DNA of 61,843 bases from a virus. Taxonomy: Duplodnaviria > Caudoviricetes. Positions 46,510-55,756 of the stretch are shown here, one piece after another (position 1 is the stretch's first letter; each line of letters begins with the position of its first letter). The stretch spans positions 1-61,843 of IMG/VR virus record IMGVR_UViG_3300027965_000203; one strand, given 5' to 3'. The notes beneath the pieces were generated by a model, which ran no database searches, was not told where the DNA came from, and worked only from the letters and a program-made list of their open reading frames with translations. Both the position numbers and the translations under genes were made by a program.

Positions 46510-46589
46510 CACACTTATGGTGTGCATGTCAACACTATTAGTATGCATTTGTGCATCCCGGTCATGTTTGTGTGCACACTGTTAGTGTG
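46510..46589. promoter_or_regulatory. Three palindromic operators between higBA and the ligase gene
   Basis: CACACT-TAT-GGTGTG (46510-46524), AACACT-ATT-AGTATG (46531-46545), CACACT-GTT-AGTGTG (46575-46589) in an AT-rich spacer. Confidence 0.65.
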
Positions 46590-46640
46590 AATGGACGCCG
46601 CCTTGATCCTCCTGCCCCGTCGCTGCTACGCGGCCGGCCC

Positions 46641-47264
46641 ATGCGTTCGCGTATCCTCCCCGCCGGCTTCGTCGCGCCCTGCCTGCCGATCGCCAATCCG
46701 ATTCCTCCCGCGGGCCCCGGTTGGTTCCACGAGGTCAAGCACGACGGCTTTCGCCTCCTGGTGCTGCGCGATCGGGAGCGCGTGCGGTTGTTCACCCGCC
46801 GCGGCCACGACTGGGCCGAGCGCTTCCCGGCGGTGGTGGCGGCCGCGCTGGCGCTGCGCGCGAGCGCGTTCCTGATCGATGCCGAGGTTGTGTGCGCCGG
46901 CGCCGACGGTGTCGCCGATTTCGATCGCCTGCGCCGTCGCCGGCATGGGCCGGAGGCCTTCGCCTGGGCGTTCGACCTGCTGATGCTCGGCGGCGAGGAC
47001 CTGCGCGGCGCGACGCTTTCGGCGCGCAAGCTCGCGCTCGAGGGATTGCTGCGCAAAGCCCCGGCTGCCATCGCGATGAACGAGCACCACGAGGGCGACG
47101 GGCCGGCGCTGTTCGCAGCCGCCTGTGCAAAAGGCCTGGAGGGGATCGTGTCGAAGCGGGCGACGTCGCGCTATCGTAGCGGGCGCTGCGACGACTGGCG
47201 CAAGGCGAAGAATCCGTCCTCGCCGGCGGCGCGCCGTGAGGCCTTGGAGGACTGGAGCCGATGA
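46641..47264 (+). CDS. ATP-dependent DNA ligase, stand-alone LigD-type adenylation domain
   Basis: HEVKHDGFR, LIDAEVV, AFDLL, GLEGIVSKR..SRYRSGR..DWRKAK; ends without an OB domain. Confidence 0.9.
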   Translation: MRSRILPAGFVAPCLPIANPIPPAGPGWFHEVKHDGFRLLVLRDRERVRLFTRRGHDWAERFPAVVAAALALRASAFLIDAEVVCAGADGVADFDRLRRRRHGPEAFAWAFDLLMLGGEDLRGATLSARKLALEGLLRKAPAAIAMNEHHEGDGPALFAAACAKGLEGIVSKRATSRYRSGRCDDWRKAKNPSSPAARREALEDWSR

Positions 47265-47452
47265 CCGCAAGCGAGATGCCGAAGCCGCCGGGCGCGCGCT
47301 ATGAGATCCGGGTCGGCGGGATCCCTCGCACCATGCGCGACCGCGAGGCGGTTGCGTGCGAGGCGGCGCGCGAGCTCGAGCGGCAGAACCCGAGCGTCGA
47401 GGTGGTCGACCTGCGCACCGGCGCGGTGGTACCGCATCACAAGGCGGGCTGA
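47261..47452 (+). CDS. Hypothetical protein
   Basis: ATGA coupling; YEIRVGGIPRTMRD...V.VVDLRTG. Confidence 0.65.
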   Translation: MTASEMPKPPGARYEIRVGGIPRTMRDREAVACEAARELERQNPSVEVVDLRTGAVVPHHKAG

Positions 47453-47454
47453 GC

Positions 47455-47766
47455 GTGGCGCTGACGTGGCTGCGCACGATCGACAAGTCGCCACACATGT
47501 TCTCGGCGAAGGCCGATCCCAACGAGGACTGGGTGCTCTACTCGGGCGGCTGGCTGATCGGCCGCGTCTGCCGCGCCGGCGGCGCGCAGACAGGCCTCTA
47601 TCTGTGGTCGCTCACCGGCCCGCACACGCCCGAGGCGCCGGGCGTCAAGCACGGCACCGAGGCCTCGATCGCGGCCGCGCAGGAGCGCCTGGTCAGCTCG
47701 TGGCAGGCTTGGGTTGCTTGGGCCGAGCTGCAGGAATCGTCCGGGCCTTCCGCCGGCGGGACTTGA
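47455..47766 (+). CDS. Hypothetical protein
   Basis: GTG start; DWVLYSGGWLIGRV...WSLTGP...SWQAWVAWAEL. Confidence 0.6.
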   Translation: MALTWLRTIDKSPHMFSAKADPNEDWVLYSGGWLIGRVCRAGGAQTGLYLWSLTGPHTPEAPGVKHGTEASIAAAQERLVSSWQAWVAWAELQESSGPSAGGT

Positions 47767-47956
47767 GCGATGGCGCCGGTGGTTTTTTCTGCAGCGGCGG
47801 CGGTGGCGGCCGCGGGAACTCGATACGCGTACTCACCCGCTGAATTTAGGATCGAGCCAGCCAAAGCGCCAGCGCCACCAAGATCGCGACCGCCATCAGG
47901 ATGAGGGTGCGCCGACCGCGTCGGGTGAGATAGTGGGACATGTTTCTAAAAAGCGT

Positions 47957-48142
47957 TCACCGGATGGCGAACGGCATCTTGGGAGGTTCCCACGGGGATT
48001 CTTTCTCCCACGCTTTGCGTCTCGCGATCTGCAATTCGGCGCTCCGTCGATAATGCGCTCGGCCGCCTTCGTTTAGATCGTGCCAATGCACGCCCGAATA
48101 GGCTGCGATCGACACGGCCAAATCTTCGATGTCCTCAGCCAT
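47957..48142 (-). CDS. Hypothetical protein
   Basis: Last ORF of the right-hand leftward block. Confidence 0.45.
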   Translation of the reverse strand: MAEDIEDLAVSIAAYSGVHWHDLNEGGRAHYRRSAELQIARRKAWEKESPWEPPKMPFAIR

Positions 48143-48152
48143 CTACTCAGCC

Positions 48153-48482
48153 TCAAATATCGCGCACAACCGTGCCGTCACCCCAGATAAATCCGATCCG
48201 GCTGCAGCGGAAATGCTCATCACACCAAAGCATCCGGCCGCGCGTGTAGAAGGGGAAGGGGTTCGGAGTGCGCCAAATGTCCTCATCGGCGGTGCTCTTT
48301 TGCGTCGGCGTCGAAAACTGGAGCGTCGCGGTCGGCTTGGCCGCCAGCGCCGGCGCGACATGATCGAGATAGAAGCCGACGGCGTCCATCACCCACCATT
48401 GCACGATGAAGAACGCGCCCCAGAAAAGCTGCCGGCGCGTCACGCCGGACCCGGTCAGGATGCGGTGCAGCGCGTCATTCAT
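48153..48482 (-). CDS. Hypothetical membrane protein
   Basis: LFWGAFFIVQWWVM hydrophobic segment; coupled to the upstream gene. Confidence 0.5.
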   Translation of the reverse strand: MNDALHRILTGSGVTRRQLFWGAFFIVQWWVMDAVGFYLDHVAPALAAKPTATLQFSTPTQKSTADEDIWRTPNPFPFYTRGRMLWCDEHFRCSRIGFIWGDGTVVRDI

Positions 48483-48972
48483 GGCCGTTCCCCTTCAGCT
48501 GCTTGTGCGCCTGCGCGATCGTCTCGCGATTGTCCCGGCACCACCGCAGCGTCTCCAGCGCCGCCTCCATGCGCCGCACATGATAGTCGGCGACGCCCTT
48601 GCCCAGGCTGCCCTTGCGCACCAGGCGGGGATAGACGCTCGCGCGCTGCTGCAGCTCGTACTCGACTTCCTCGATCTGCTGGTCGATCGAGATGCGCGGC
48701 TTGGGCTCGGGCTTCGGCTCTTCCGGTGGCGGCGGCAAGGCTTCCTCCAGGCTCATTGTCCCGTTGAGGACCGCGAGGGCGGCATCGAGGTCGCGGACAG
48801 GCTTCTCGTCCACGTACCAGCGCATGAAAGCGCCGGCCTTGTCGTGGCCGCGGGCGACGCCGAGGCGCGGCACGCCCTCGACGCCGCCCATCCAGGCGCT
48901 CTCGCGCCGCGAGAAATCGATATGGACGGCATTGACCATCTTGCGGCCGAAGATGTCCTCTCGGGTGAGCAT
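48475..48972 (-). CDS. Phage hypothetical protein
   Basis: C-terminal ISIDQQIEEVEYELQQRASVYPRLV..G......A...RRMEA..ETL, a recurrent phage domain. Confidence 0.7.
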   Translation of the reverse strand: MLTREDIFGRKMVNAVHIDFSRRESAWMGGVEGVPRLGVARGHDKAGAFMRWYVDEKPVRDLDAALAVLNGTMSLEEALPPPPEEPKPEPKPRISIDQQIEEVEYELQQRASVYPRLVRKGSLGKGVADYHVRRMEAALETLRWCRDNRETIAQAHKQLKGNGHE

Positions 48973-48985
48973 CAGCCGCCCTGCG

Positions 48986-49261
48986 TCATTGCCCGAGAAG
49001 AAGCGTCCGCGCCGGCCCGCACACCTCGTCCACAATCTCGATCGCCCGCGCGGGCGTGAGGCCCGAAAGCTCGTCCCAGGTCACCGTTCGCATCGACGAT
49101 CCCGCAATGTCCTCGGGCTTGCTCGCCGGGATTTTGCACTCAAGCACCAACCCTTCCGGCCAGATGCGCAGCAGCGTCTGCGCGCGTTTCAGATCGTGCC
49201 GATGTTCGAACATCCGTACACAGGCCGCCTTCAGGGCGCCGATCAGCTGTGCATCGCTCAT
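48986..49261 (-). CDS. Hypothetical protein
   Basis: ATG after GGAGG. Confidence 0.55.
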   Translation of the reverse strand: MSDAQLIGALKAACVRMFEHRHDLKRAQTLLRIWPEGLVLECKIPASKPEDIAGSSMRTVTWDELSGLTPARAIEIVDEVCGPARTLLLGQ

Positions 49262-49458
49262 GATGCCTCCTTGCGCGCGGCATGTACCAGCTTCTTCCAC
49301 GGGTTCGGCCGCTTGAACCCGCCGACGCGATTGAGGTGCACCCAGATTGCGGCCCAATAGCCGAACATCTGGAATTTGTAGCGGGCGAGGGCGTCCCAGG
49401 CCTTGCGCTCGGCGCAAGTGAGATCGATGCGCGCTCCGCGGTAATCGCGCGAGGTCAT
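49258..49458 (-). CDS. Phage hypothetical protein
   Basis: AERKAWDALARYKFQMFGYWAAIWVHLN...PNPWKKLV; coupled on both sides. Confidence 0.65.
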   Translation of the reverse strand: MTSRDYRGARIDLTCAERKAWDALARYKFQMFGYWAAIWVHLNRVGGFKRPNPWKKLVHAARKEAS

Positions 49459-49757
49459 ACTGATGCTCCCGCCGGCAGCACCACCGGCTTGAACGGTCCC
49501 ATGTGCGACGCCGATCCCGCGGCCTGCTCTGGCGTGTAGATGTACCGGCCGCGCTGATCGCTGACGTAACCCTCCGCGAGCTTGCGCGGAAATTGTCCGT
49601 GCCAGCGGCTCGTGAGGCATTGCGAACACTGCGGCTCGAAGCGCGGCCGAGCGACCGCGTTCGCCGTCGCGGCGAGCCAATCCCTTTCTTGGTTCCAGTA
49701 TTCGGCGAGCGCCGTGTTATCGACGCAGCCGCACTTCGTGCACATGAAGAGGGGCAT
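49455..49757 (-). CDS. Zinc-binding phage protein
   Basis: MPLFMCTKCGCVDNTAL...CSQC...WHGQFPR. Confidence 0.7.
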   Translation of the reverse strand: MPLFMCTKCGCVDNTALAEYWNQERDWLAATANAVARPRFEPQCSQCLTSRWHGQFPRKLAEGYVSDQRGRYIYTPEQAAGSASHMGPFKPVVLPAGASV

Positions 49758-50254
49758 CAGAGCAGCTCCATTTGACCGGCCGCCTTAGCCGCCGCGCGCT
49801 CAACCACTTGCGCGACCCAGCGACATATCCGATCCGCCGATGCGCCCTTTACCCCATCCCATAGCGCGCCGTAATCAGGCCCGGCGTATCGCGTGCCGTT
49901 GTGGAAAGAGACCTGGCCGGTCGGCAAGTCGATGTAGATGACGTGATGATGGGGATCGCCCTCGCGCAGGAGATAGTCGTCGATGCCCCAACCCCAACGA
50001 TGCCCGAGAATGGCGCCGTGCTTCTCGAGCTCGGCCGCGAGGTTGCCGATGCTCCAGTCTTTCCGGCCGTACGCCTCGCTCTTGTAGCCGCGGCCGCGGT
50101 AGAGCTTCGCGCGCTCCGAGCACTTGCAGGCGCGGAAGAGATTGACCGCGACGATTCCTGCAGGGCCGAGCTTCTCCAGCTCGGCATACAGAGCCTTGGT
50201 GGCCTCGCCGTTGGAGCCGGCGTAGATCGATTGGACGGTGGCGAGGTCGGTCAT
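49757..50254 (-). CDS. Phage hypothetical protein
   Basis: VIYIDLPTGQVSFH...WDG motif; coupled. Confidence 0.7.
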   Translation of the reverse strand: MTDLATVQSIYAGSNGEATKALYAELEKLGPAGIVAVNLFRACKCSERAKLYRGRGYKSEAYGRKDWSIGNLAAELEKHGAILGHRWGWGIDDYLLREGDPHHHVIYIDLPTGQVSFHNGTRYAGPDYGALWDGVKGASADRICRWVAQVVERAAAKAAGQMELL

Positions 50255-50454
50255 GCGCGCACCCGCAGATATTCCAGCTCGGTCGGGTGGCACGGCAGCG
50301 GATGCGACGTGCCATCGAACCGCACCATGACGTAGTGGCTTTGGCTGCGGTTCTCGCGCGAGATGGTGCCTTCCTGTTCGGTCACCTTGTGGCGCACGCG
50401 TTCGCCGACGCGCGGGTTCACGCCGTAGGCGCGCATGACGTAGTCGTAGCTCAC
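50251..50454 (-). CDS. Small SH3-like phage protein
   Basis: YDYVMRAYGVNPRVGERVRH...YVMVRFDG...CHPT. Confidence 0.65.
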   Translation of the reverse strand: MSYDYVMRAYGVNPRVGERVRHKVTEQEGTISRENRSQSHYVMVRFDGTSHPLPCHPTELEYLRVRA

Positions 50455-52229
50455 GCCGCCGCCCTCCATCCGCTCAACAGCTCCTGCGCCCACGCGCTCA
50501 TCATCACCAGCCCCGGCCGCGGATAGTCGATCAGCCCCAAGGTGCGCAGCGAGCCGAGCAAGTTGTTGAAGCCTCCGGACGAAGGCGAATAGTCCGTGTC
50601 GGCGCCGAGCTGCTCGCGCGAGACCTCGCCCTGGTCGACCAGGGCGCCGATGATCTTCTTCTGCGGGTTGCTCAAGACGGAGAGCAGCTTCTCGCGACCC
50701 TCCGCGGCGGACATGACCGGGATGCCGGAGGCCTCGAGCTGCACGAAGCCCGGCTGCGGGTAGCTGATCGCTCCCATGGTGTTGAGGCCGCCGAGCAGGT
50801 TGTTGAAGCCGCCCGACGTCGGGCTATAGCCGGCGACGGCGGCGACCATTTCGCGGGTCGGCGCCCCGCGGCGGGATGCGTCGTGGCCGAGCGCGAACCA
50901 CATAGCGAGGCTTTCCAGCACCTTCATTTGCGGGCGGGTGTACGTGCCGTCGCCGGCCGGGGCAGGCGGCTTGGCGCGAGGCGCCGATCGGGGCGGGGCG
51001 CTTGGCGCGGGGCGGGGCACCGCGCGCGCCGCCGGCGCCGTGCGCTCCGGCGCATACGCGATCTCCAGCCGGCGGCTCTCCGCCTTCGCCTTGGCGAGTT
51101 CCTCCTTGAACAGCTCATGGATCGGACCGAGCCGTTCCGCCAGCACGCCCAGGATGTTGAGATGGGCGGCTTTGACTTGCTTCTCGGCCGCCTCCCGCAG
51201 CTTGCGCTCGGCCTGGGCGAAGCCGCGCTTCTCGGCTTCATCGATCGCCTCAAGGTCAAATTTGACCGCCGTCGGCTTCTCGGCGAGCTCGCGCTGCAGG
51301 CGGGAGATCTCTGCGCGCAGCGCCTTCGGATCGTTCGCCTTAGTCTCCGCCTCGACCTTGCCGAGCCGGTCGCGCAGCTTGGCGAGGTCGAGCGGCCGCA
51401 GCTCGACCGCGTGCGCCTTCTCGCCCCGGCTCGGCGTCTTCGAGCTATCGAACGTCCCCTTGGCCGGAAACTGCACCACCTCCAGGATCCCGCGACCCGG
51501 GATCCACACGACGCCTTGCCCGCGCGCCATGGTCGGCAACATCCCCCACGTCTCGCGCCAGGTCTGCTTATCGGCCTGCCCCTCGACCCAGTCGCCGATC
51601 GCGTCGCGGTCCTGGCTCGACGTGAGCTTGAACGCGATCAGGCCGTCGACCTGGGAAAGGACGTCCTTGGCGAGCACCGCGGGGCGCTGGCTGATCAGCC
51701 ACGGGATGAAGCCCTTCACTCGCCCGCGGCGGACGATCGTCTCCATCATGCCGTAGAGGCGGGCGGCGTCGCCCTCCTTGTCCATGATCTTCTGCGGCGC
51801 CCACATGTCGGCTTCGTCGAACACGACGTGCAGCGGCTCGCCCGAGGCGTGCTTGTAGAGCGCGGTCAGGAACGCGAGCATGAAGCGTCGCTCGGCTGCT
51901 TTGGTGCCGAGCGCGGAGAGATCGAGGATGCAGCTTTCCTTCATGCCGGCGACCGTCTCGCCGATCAGGGCGCCGGCATGCTCGGACAGCGGCAGGTCGC
52001 CATGCGGGCCGCCGAAGATCACGACGTCGTAGCCGGATGGCGTCTTGCCGTCCGGCTCGAGCCGCAGCCCCCACCACACGCCGAGCGGATCGGGGATGAC
52101 GACGCGGGCTTTCTTGGCCAGCAGGCGCTCGACGCGCCCCGAGGCGTTATAGGTCTTGCCGGCGCCGGCGGTGCCCGCGAAGAACAGGCGGTCATCAAGG
52201 GCGGCGTCGGGAAACGGTTGCTTGCTCAT
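50451..52229 (-). CDS. HerA/FtsK-like ATPase with a coiled coil and two C-terminal winged-helix-like repeats
   Basis: Start ATG 52229 after GAGGA; GTAGAGKT, DPLGVWWGL, VFDEAD, RRGRVKG, SQRPA; twice YSP.SGGFNNLLG.L.T.G.I.YP. Confidence 0.8.
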   Translation of the reverse strand: MSKQPFPDAALDDRLFFAGTAGAGKTYNASGRVERLLAKKARVVIPDPLGVWWGLRLEPDGKTPSGYDVVIFGGPHGDLPLSEHAGALIGETVAGMKESCILDLSALGTKAAERRFMLAFLTALYKHASGEPLHVVFDEADMWAPQKIMDKEGDAARLYGMMETIVRRGRVKGFIPWLISQRPAVLAKDVLSQVDGLIAFKLTSSQDRDAIGDWVEGQADKQTWRETWGMLPTMARGQGVVWIPGRGILEVVQFPAKGTFDSSKTPSRGEKAHAVELRPLDLAKLRDRLGKVEAETKANDPKALRAEISRLQRELAEKPTAVKFDLEAIDEAEKRGFAQAERKLREAAEKQVKAAHLNILGVLAERLGPIHELFKEELAKAKAESRRLEIAYAPERTAPAARAVPRPAPSAPPRSAPRAKPPAPAGDGTYTRPQMKVLESLAMWFALGHDASRRGAPTREMVAAVAGYSPTSGGFNNLLGGLNTMGAISYPQPGFVQLEASGIPVMSAAEGREKLLSVLSNPQKKIIGALVDQGEVSREQLGADTDYSPSSGGFNNLLGSLRTLGLIDYPRPGLVMMSAWAQELLSGWRAAA

Positions 52230-52269
52230 CGCGTTCCTCGCGGTTTGAAAATGGTCACGCGTGACGCAA

Positions 52270-54867
52270 CTATTCGGCCGCCTGCGCGGTCGACGACTCC
52301 GCTTCCAAGAGATCAAACAGGGTGACGGCCGACGCCTGGCGTTCGGCATCCTGCAGGTGGCGCACCGCGTCGCGGTGGTAGGCGGGCGATAGCTCGATCG
52401 AGAAGCCCCGCCGCTTCTGCAGCACCGCGCAATAGGCGACGGTGCCGAGCCCGCCGAACATGTCGAGCACGAGCTCGCCCGGCATCGAGCATTGCCGAAT
52501 GACGCGGTCGACGATGTCGAGCGGAAGCGGACAAAGATGCCGCTCCATTCCGCGCGCGACCTGCAGCGTGTTGAGCGACCGCATGCGCACGACGTCGGTG
52601 AGCACGTCCGGGTGCCACGAATGCACCGGGATGATCGCGTAATCGACCGGGAGCTTGCCGGCGGCCTCGAGCGCCTCAGCGCAGGCGACGTGGTGCTCGA
52701 AGTCGTAGACCTCGCCGAGCGAATGCTCCTTGTAGCGGCGATAGATGCCGCGCTGCATCGCGGCGAGCTCGGAGGGCAGGAGCAGGCGGTTGCCGCTCGA
52801 GCGCGTGAAGCCCGCCGCATCGAGCTGCCAGCGCGAGCGCGAATAGCCGTCCTCGCGGCCCCAGGCCTGCGCGGTCTCATCGAACTCGCGCTTGCCCTTC
52901 ACCACCGGCACGTCCGCATAGCCGCGGCTCCGGTCCGTCTGCGGCTTGCGGAAGAGATGCAGGTATTCCGGCAGGCCGAACCCCATGCGGCTGCCGTCCT
53001 TGCATTGCTCGGTGTAGCCCAGCCGATAGGTCTGGTTGTTCTCGCGCACGACGTCGGTGACGATCGTCTTCGTGCCGAGATAGGCAAAGCCATGCTCGCG
53101 GAAATGCAGCATGGTCTTCGCCCCGAACGGCTCGACGGTCTGGAAGCCGAGCCCCGAGCGCGAGCCCTCGACGATGCGGTCCTTGACGTGGATGGCGCAG
53201 ACGCGGCCGGGCTTGAGCACGCGCAGGAGCTGCGGCGTCAGGAAGTCCATCTGCCGGAAGAAGTGATCGTCATCGTCCGTGTGGCCGAAGTCGCGATAGC
53301 TCGGCGTGTACTCGTACTGCGTCGAGAACGGCAGCGACGACACGATCAGGTCGACGCTGTCCTGCGCCATGCGGCCGACTTCGTCGATGCAATCGTTATT
53401 GACCGCGGTGAAGCGCTCGCCCTTCACCTCCGCGCGCGCGACCTCCATCGTGCGGGTGAGCGCCGAGCCGATCGCGAGCTGGGTCAGCCCATATTCCCGG
53501 ATCAGGCCCGACATGCGCGCGGATTGTTCCTCGTAGCGCCTCCAGTTCGCCTGCAGCGTCCGCACGATCTCGCGCTCGGCCTCGGTATGGATGATATCGA
53601 TCCGCACCGCGCGCGGCCGATCGGCCGGGAAGCCCTCGAAGGCCTGACCGTAGCGATGCGTGCGGTGGACCGATTGGATGAAGTCCTTGAACTTCCAGCC
53701 GACGCCCAGATAGATCGACCACCAGCAGTGATGCTGGAGGTTCGGCCCCGACCCGATCATCACGGGTTTTCCGGCCAGCTCGCGCGTCTCGCCGGCCTGG
53801 AATTTCATCATCGCAGCTTCGCGATCGTCGACCTCCTGGCTGCCGTAGACGGTCACCACCTCCGGCGCCGCCTTCTCGATCGCCCGGCGCTCGTCCTCGA
53901 GGTCGTGCCAGATCAGGCGGTGGGCCTCGGGCAACTCCGCCCGCAGCTCCATCATCTTGGCGATCCGCGCCGGCAGGCTCTTCCGCTTCTCGGCTGCCGC
54001 GCCCTGGACGCCGGCGGCGCTGTCCTTGATCAGCCGCTTCTGCCCGTTCGGGTCCTCGCCGGCGTCGGAATGATCCGTCGGCACCTCGTGCCAGCGCACG
54101 TCGAGCGGCGGCAGCACGTAGCCGTCATCGGAGAAGGACGGGTCGACGTCGGACGGCTTGTTGATGAACAGCGCCCAGGAGGCGACCCACAGCCAGAACT
54201 CCGCCTCTTTGTGCGGATGGATCGTGAGCTTGTCCGCCTTCTCCGAGTTGCGCCTGAAGAAGCGCGTGCGCGCCTGGCCGATGTCCATGATGTCGAGATA
54301 GCCCGCGAACGCGAGCAGCTCTGCGTATTCCCGGGGATCTGGGGTCGCGGTCGCCACATGCCGATAGCGGACCTGTTTGGCGCGTTCGGTGAACGTCCAG
54401 AAGGTCTTGGTCGACATGTTGCGGAGAATGTCGCCCTCATCGAACGTGGTTGAGCCGAAGCGCCGCGGGTCGATATTGCCCTCGCGCACACGCTCGACGT
54501 TGGTGAGGTTGATCGCGCGGCGATCGATATCGGCATCGCGGGTGACCCAGTTGAGCTTGATCGCGTGCTCGCCGGTGAAGCGCTCGGCGTCGTTGTAAAA
54601 CGACAGACGCGCGCCGAGCGGCATCACGACCAGGTGCGGCTCGCCGGTGTGGCGCATGGTGAGGCGGCCGATTTCGAGGTGCCACGTCGTCTTTTGCGTG
54701 CCGAAGCGGGAGGCGAGCAGGCGGCGGCCGCCGGCAAGAGCCCATTGGGTCGCCACCTGGATATGCGGCTTGAGCGCCGGATTGAGCTCGGCCGGGTCGA
54801 TCTCGAAGCCGGCCGACTCGGCGAGCTTGATCTTGGCTTGGAGGAAGGTGCGGTAGGCGTCCGTCAT
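52270..54867 (-). CDS. SNF2-like helicase fused to an N4/N6 amino-DNA methyltransferase
   Basis: Degenerate SF2 motifs (FGTQKT, FDEGD, ATATP, QSVHRTHRYGQ), then DLIVSSLPF, RVLKPGR, HLCPLPLD, VLDMFGGLGT, IELSPAY. Confidence 0.88.
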   Translation of the reverse strand: MTDAYRTFLQAKIKLAESAGFEIDPAELNPALKPHIQVATQWALAGGRRLLASRFGTQKTTWHLEIGRLTMRHTGEPHLVVMPLGARLSFYNDAERFTGEHAIKLNWVTRDADIDRRAINLTNVERVREGNIDPRRFGSTTFDEGDILRNMSTKTFWTFTERAKQVRYRHVATATPDPREYAELLAFAGYLDIMDIGQARTRFFRRNSEKADKLTIHPHKEAEFWLWVASWALFINKPSDVDPSFSDDGYVLPPLDVRWHEVPTDHSDAGEDPNGQKRLIKDSAAGVQGAAAEKRKSLPARIAKMMELRAELPEAHRLIWHDLEDERRAIEKAAPEVVTVYGSQEVDDREAAMMKFQAGETRELAGKPVMIGSGPNLQHHCWWSIYLGVGWKFKDFIQSVHRTHRYGQAFEGFPADRPRAVRIDIIHTEAEREIVRTLQANWRRYEEQSARMSGLIREYGLTQLAIGSALTRTMEVARAEVKGERFTAVNNDCIDEVGRMAQDSVDLIVSSLPFSTQYEYTPSYRDFGHTDDDDHFFRQMDFLTPQLLRVLKPGRVCAIHVKDRIVEGSRSGLGFQTVEPFGAKTMLHFREHGFAYLGTKTIVTDVVRENNQTYRLGYTEQCKDGSRMGFGLPEYLHLFRKPQTDRSRGYADVPVVKGKREFDETAQAWGREDGYSRSRWQLDAAGFTRSSGNRLLLPSELAAMQRGIYRRYKEHSLGEVYDFEHHVACAEALEAAGKLPVDYAIIPVHSWHPDVLTDVVRMRSLNTLQVARGMERHLCPLPLDIVDRVIRQCSMPGELVLDMFGGLGTVAYCAVLQKRRGFSIELSPAYHRDAVRHLQDAERQASAVTLFDLLEAESSTAQAAE

Positions 54868-55481
54868 GGGCGCACCCCCGCGAAAAGATCAGGTTGCCAG
54901 CGCGCCCGCTCGAGCTTTGGGAGGTTGATCGCATAGCGACTGACTGACGAGCCGTCGAAGCTCGTGGCGCCGGCGGCCGCGCAAAGGCGAATGCGCCGGA
55001 TCGTATTGACCCGCCCCACATGGCAGCGCGTGCCATGGGTTCGCGCGAGCGCGCCCCACATCGACATGGAGCGCTCTTTCCATCCGGTCGATCCGCCGAC
55101 GAAGATGCCGACCCGCTCGGCCAGCAGCGGGGCGATATCGGTCTCGGTCATCCCGTCCTGGACCGGGATGAGCGCCAGCGGAGCGCGGTCGAGCACGCGC
55201 GGCAACCAGGCGCACGAGCGGGCGAGGCTTTCGGCGCCGCCCTCGACGATATCCGGCACGGCGACGAAGTCGGCGCCGGCGCCGTGCGTCGTCAGCGCGC
55301 GGACAAAGGCTTCCTCGTCCCAGGGCGCCCCGGTCGCGAACGCCGACCACGCGCCGTTATCGAGCGCATAGGGCAGGCCGTACGAATTCAGGCCCGTTGC
55401 CGGCGAGAGCATGATGCGCCAGCGAGCTCGCTCAAGAGCAGCGAGGTTGCGGCGGGTGGTCGTGTATGCCGCGTACGCCAT
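54864..55481 (-). CDS. DpdA/TGT-like protein (queuine tRNA-ribosyltransferase-like fold)
   Basis: YALDNGAWS, VAVPDIV, LIPVQDG, IFVGGSTGWK, CHVGRVNT, SFDGSS parallel the TGT DSG / PD / QG / GG / H.G / SFD motif series. Confidence 0.6.
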   Translation of the reverse strand: MAYAAYTTTRRNLAALERARWRIMLSPATGLNSYGLPYALDNGAWSAFATGAPWDEEAFVRALTTHGAGADFVAVPDIVEGGAESLARSCAWLPRVLDRAPLALIPVQDGMTETDIAPLLAERVGIFVGGSTGWKERSMSMWGALARTHGTRCHVGRVNTIRRIRLCAAAGATSFDGSSVSRYAINLPKLERARWQPDLFAGVRP

Positions 55482-55756
55482 CACAGGCGCCCCCAGCACG
55501 TCATGCAGATCGGCTTGAGCTTGGGCGCGCTGGCGCGGCGGAGCAGCGCGGCGCCGCACCTGGTGCACTCGCACGGCACGTCGTAATCGTCCGCCGCCGG
55601 CGGCAGACGATCCTCATCCGCGTTCGAGCAGATCAGGAACTCGGCGCGGGCGAAGAGCGCCGGCGTGAGGGGGACGCTGACCTCCCGGAGCGGGTGGTCA
55701 GCGGGCCATTCCCGGGCGGTCCGCTCGGTGATGGCATTGATCTTGGGGCGGCTCAT
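55481..55756 (-). CDS. Zinc-binding hypothetical protein
   Basis: CTRCG...ICMTC; TGATG coupling to the DpdA-like gene. Confidence 0.55.
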   Translation of the reverse strand: MSRPKINAITERTAREWPADHPLREVSVPLTPALFARAEFLICSNADEDRLPPAADDYDVPCECTRCGAALLRRASAPKLKPICMTCWGRL

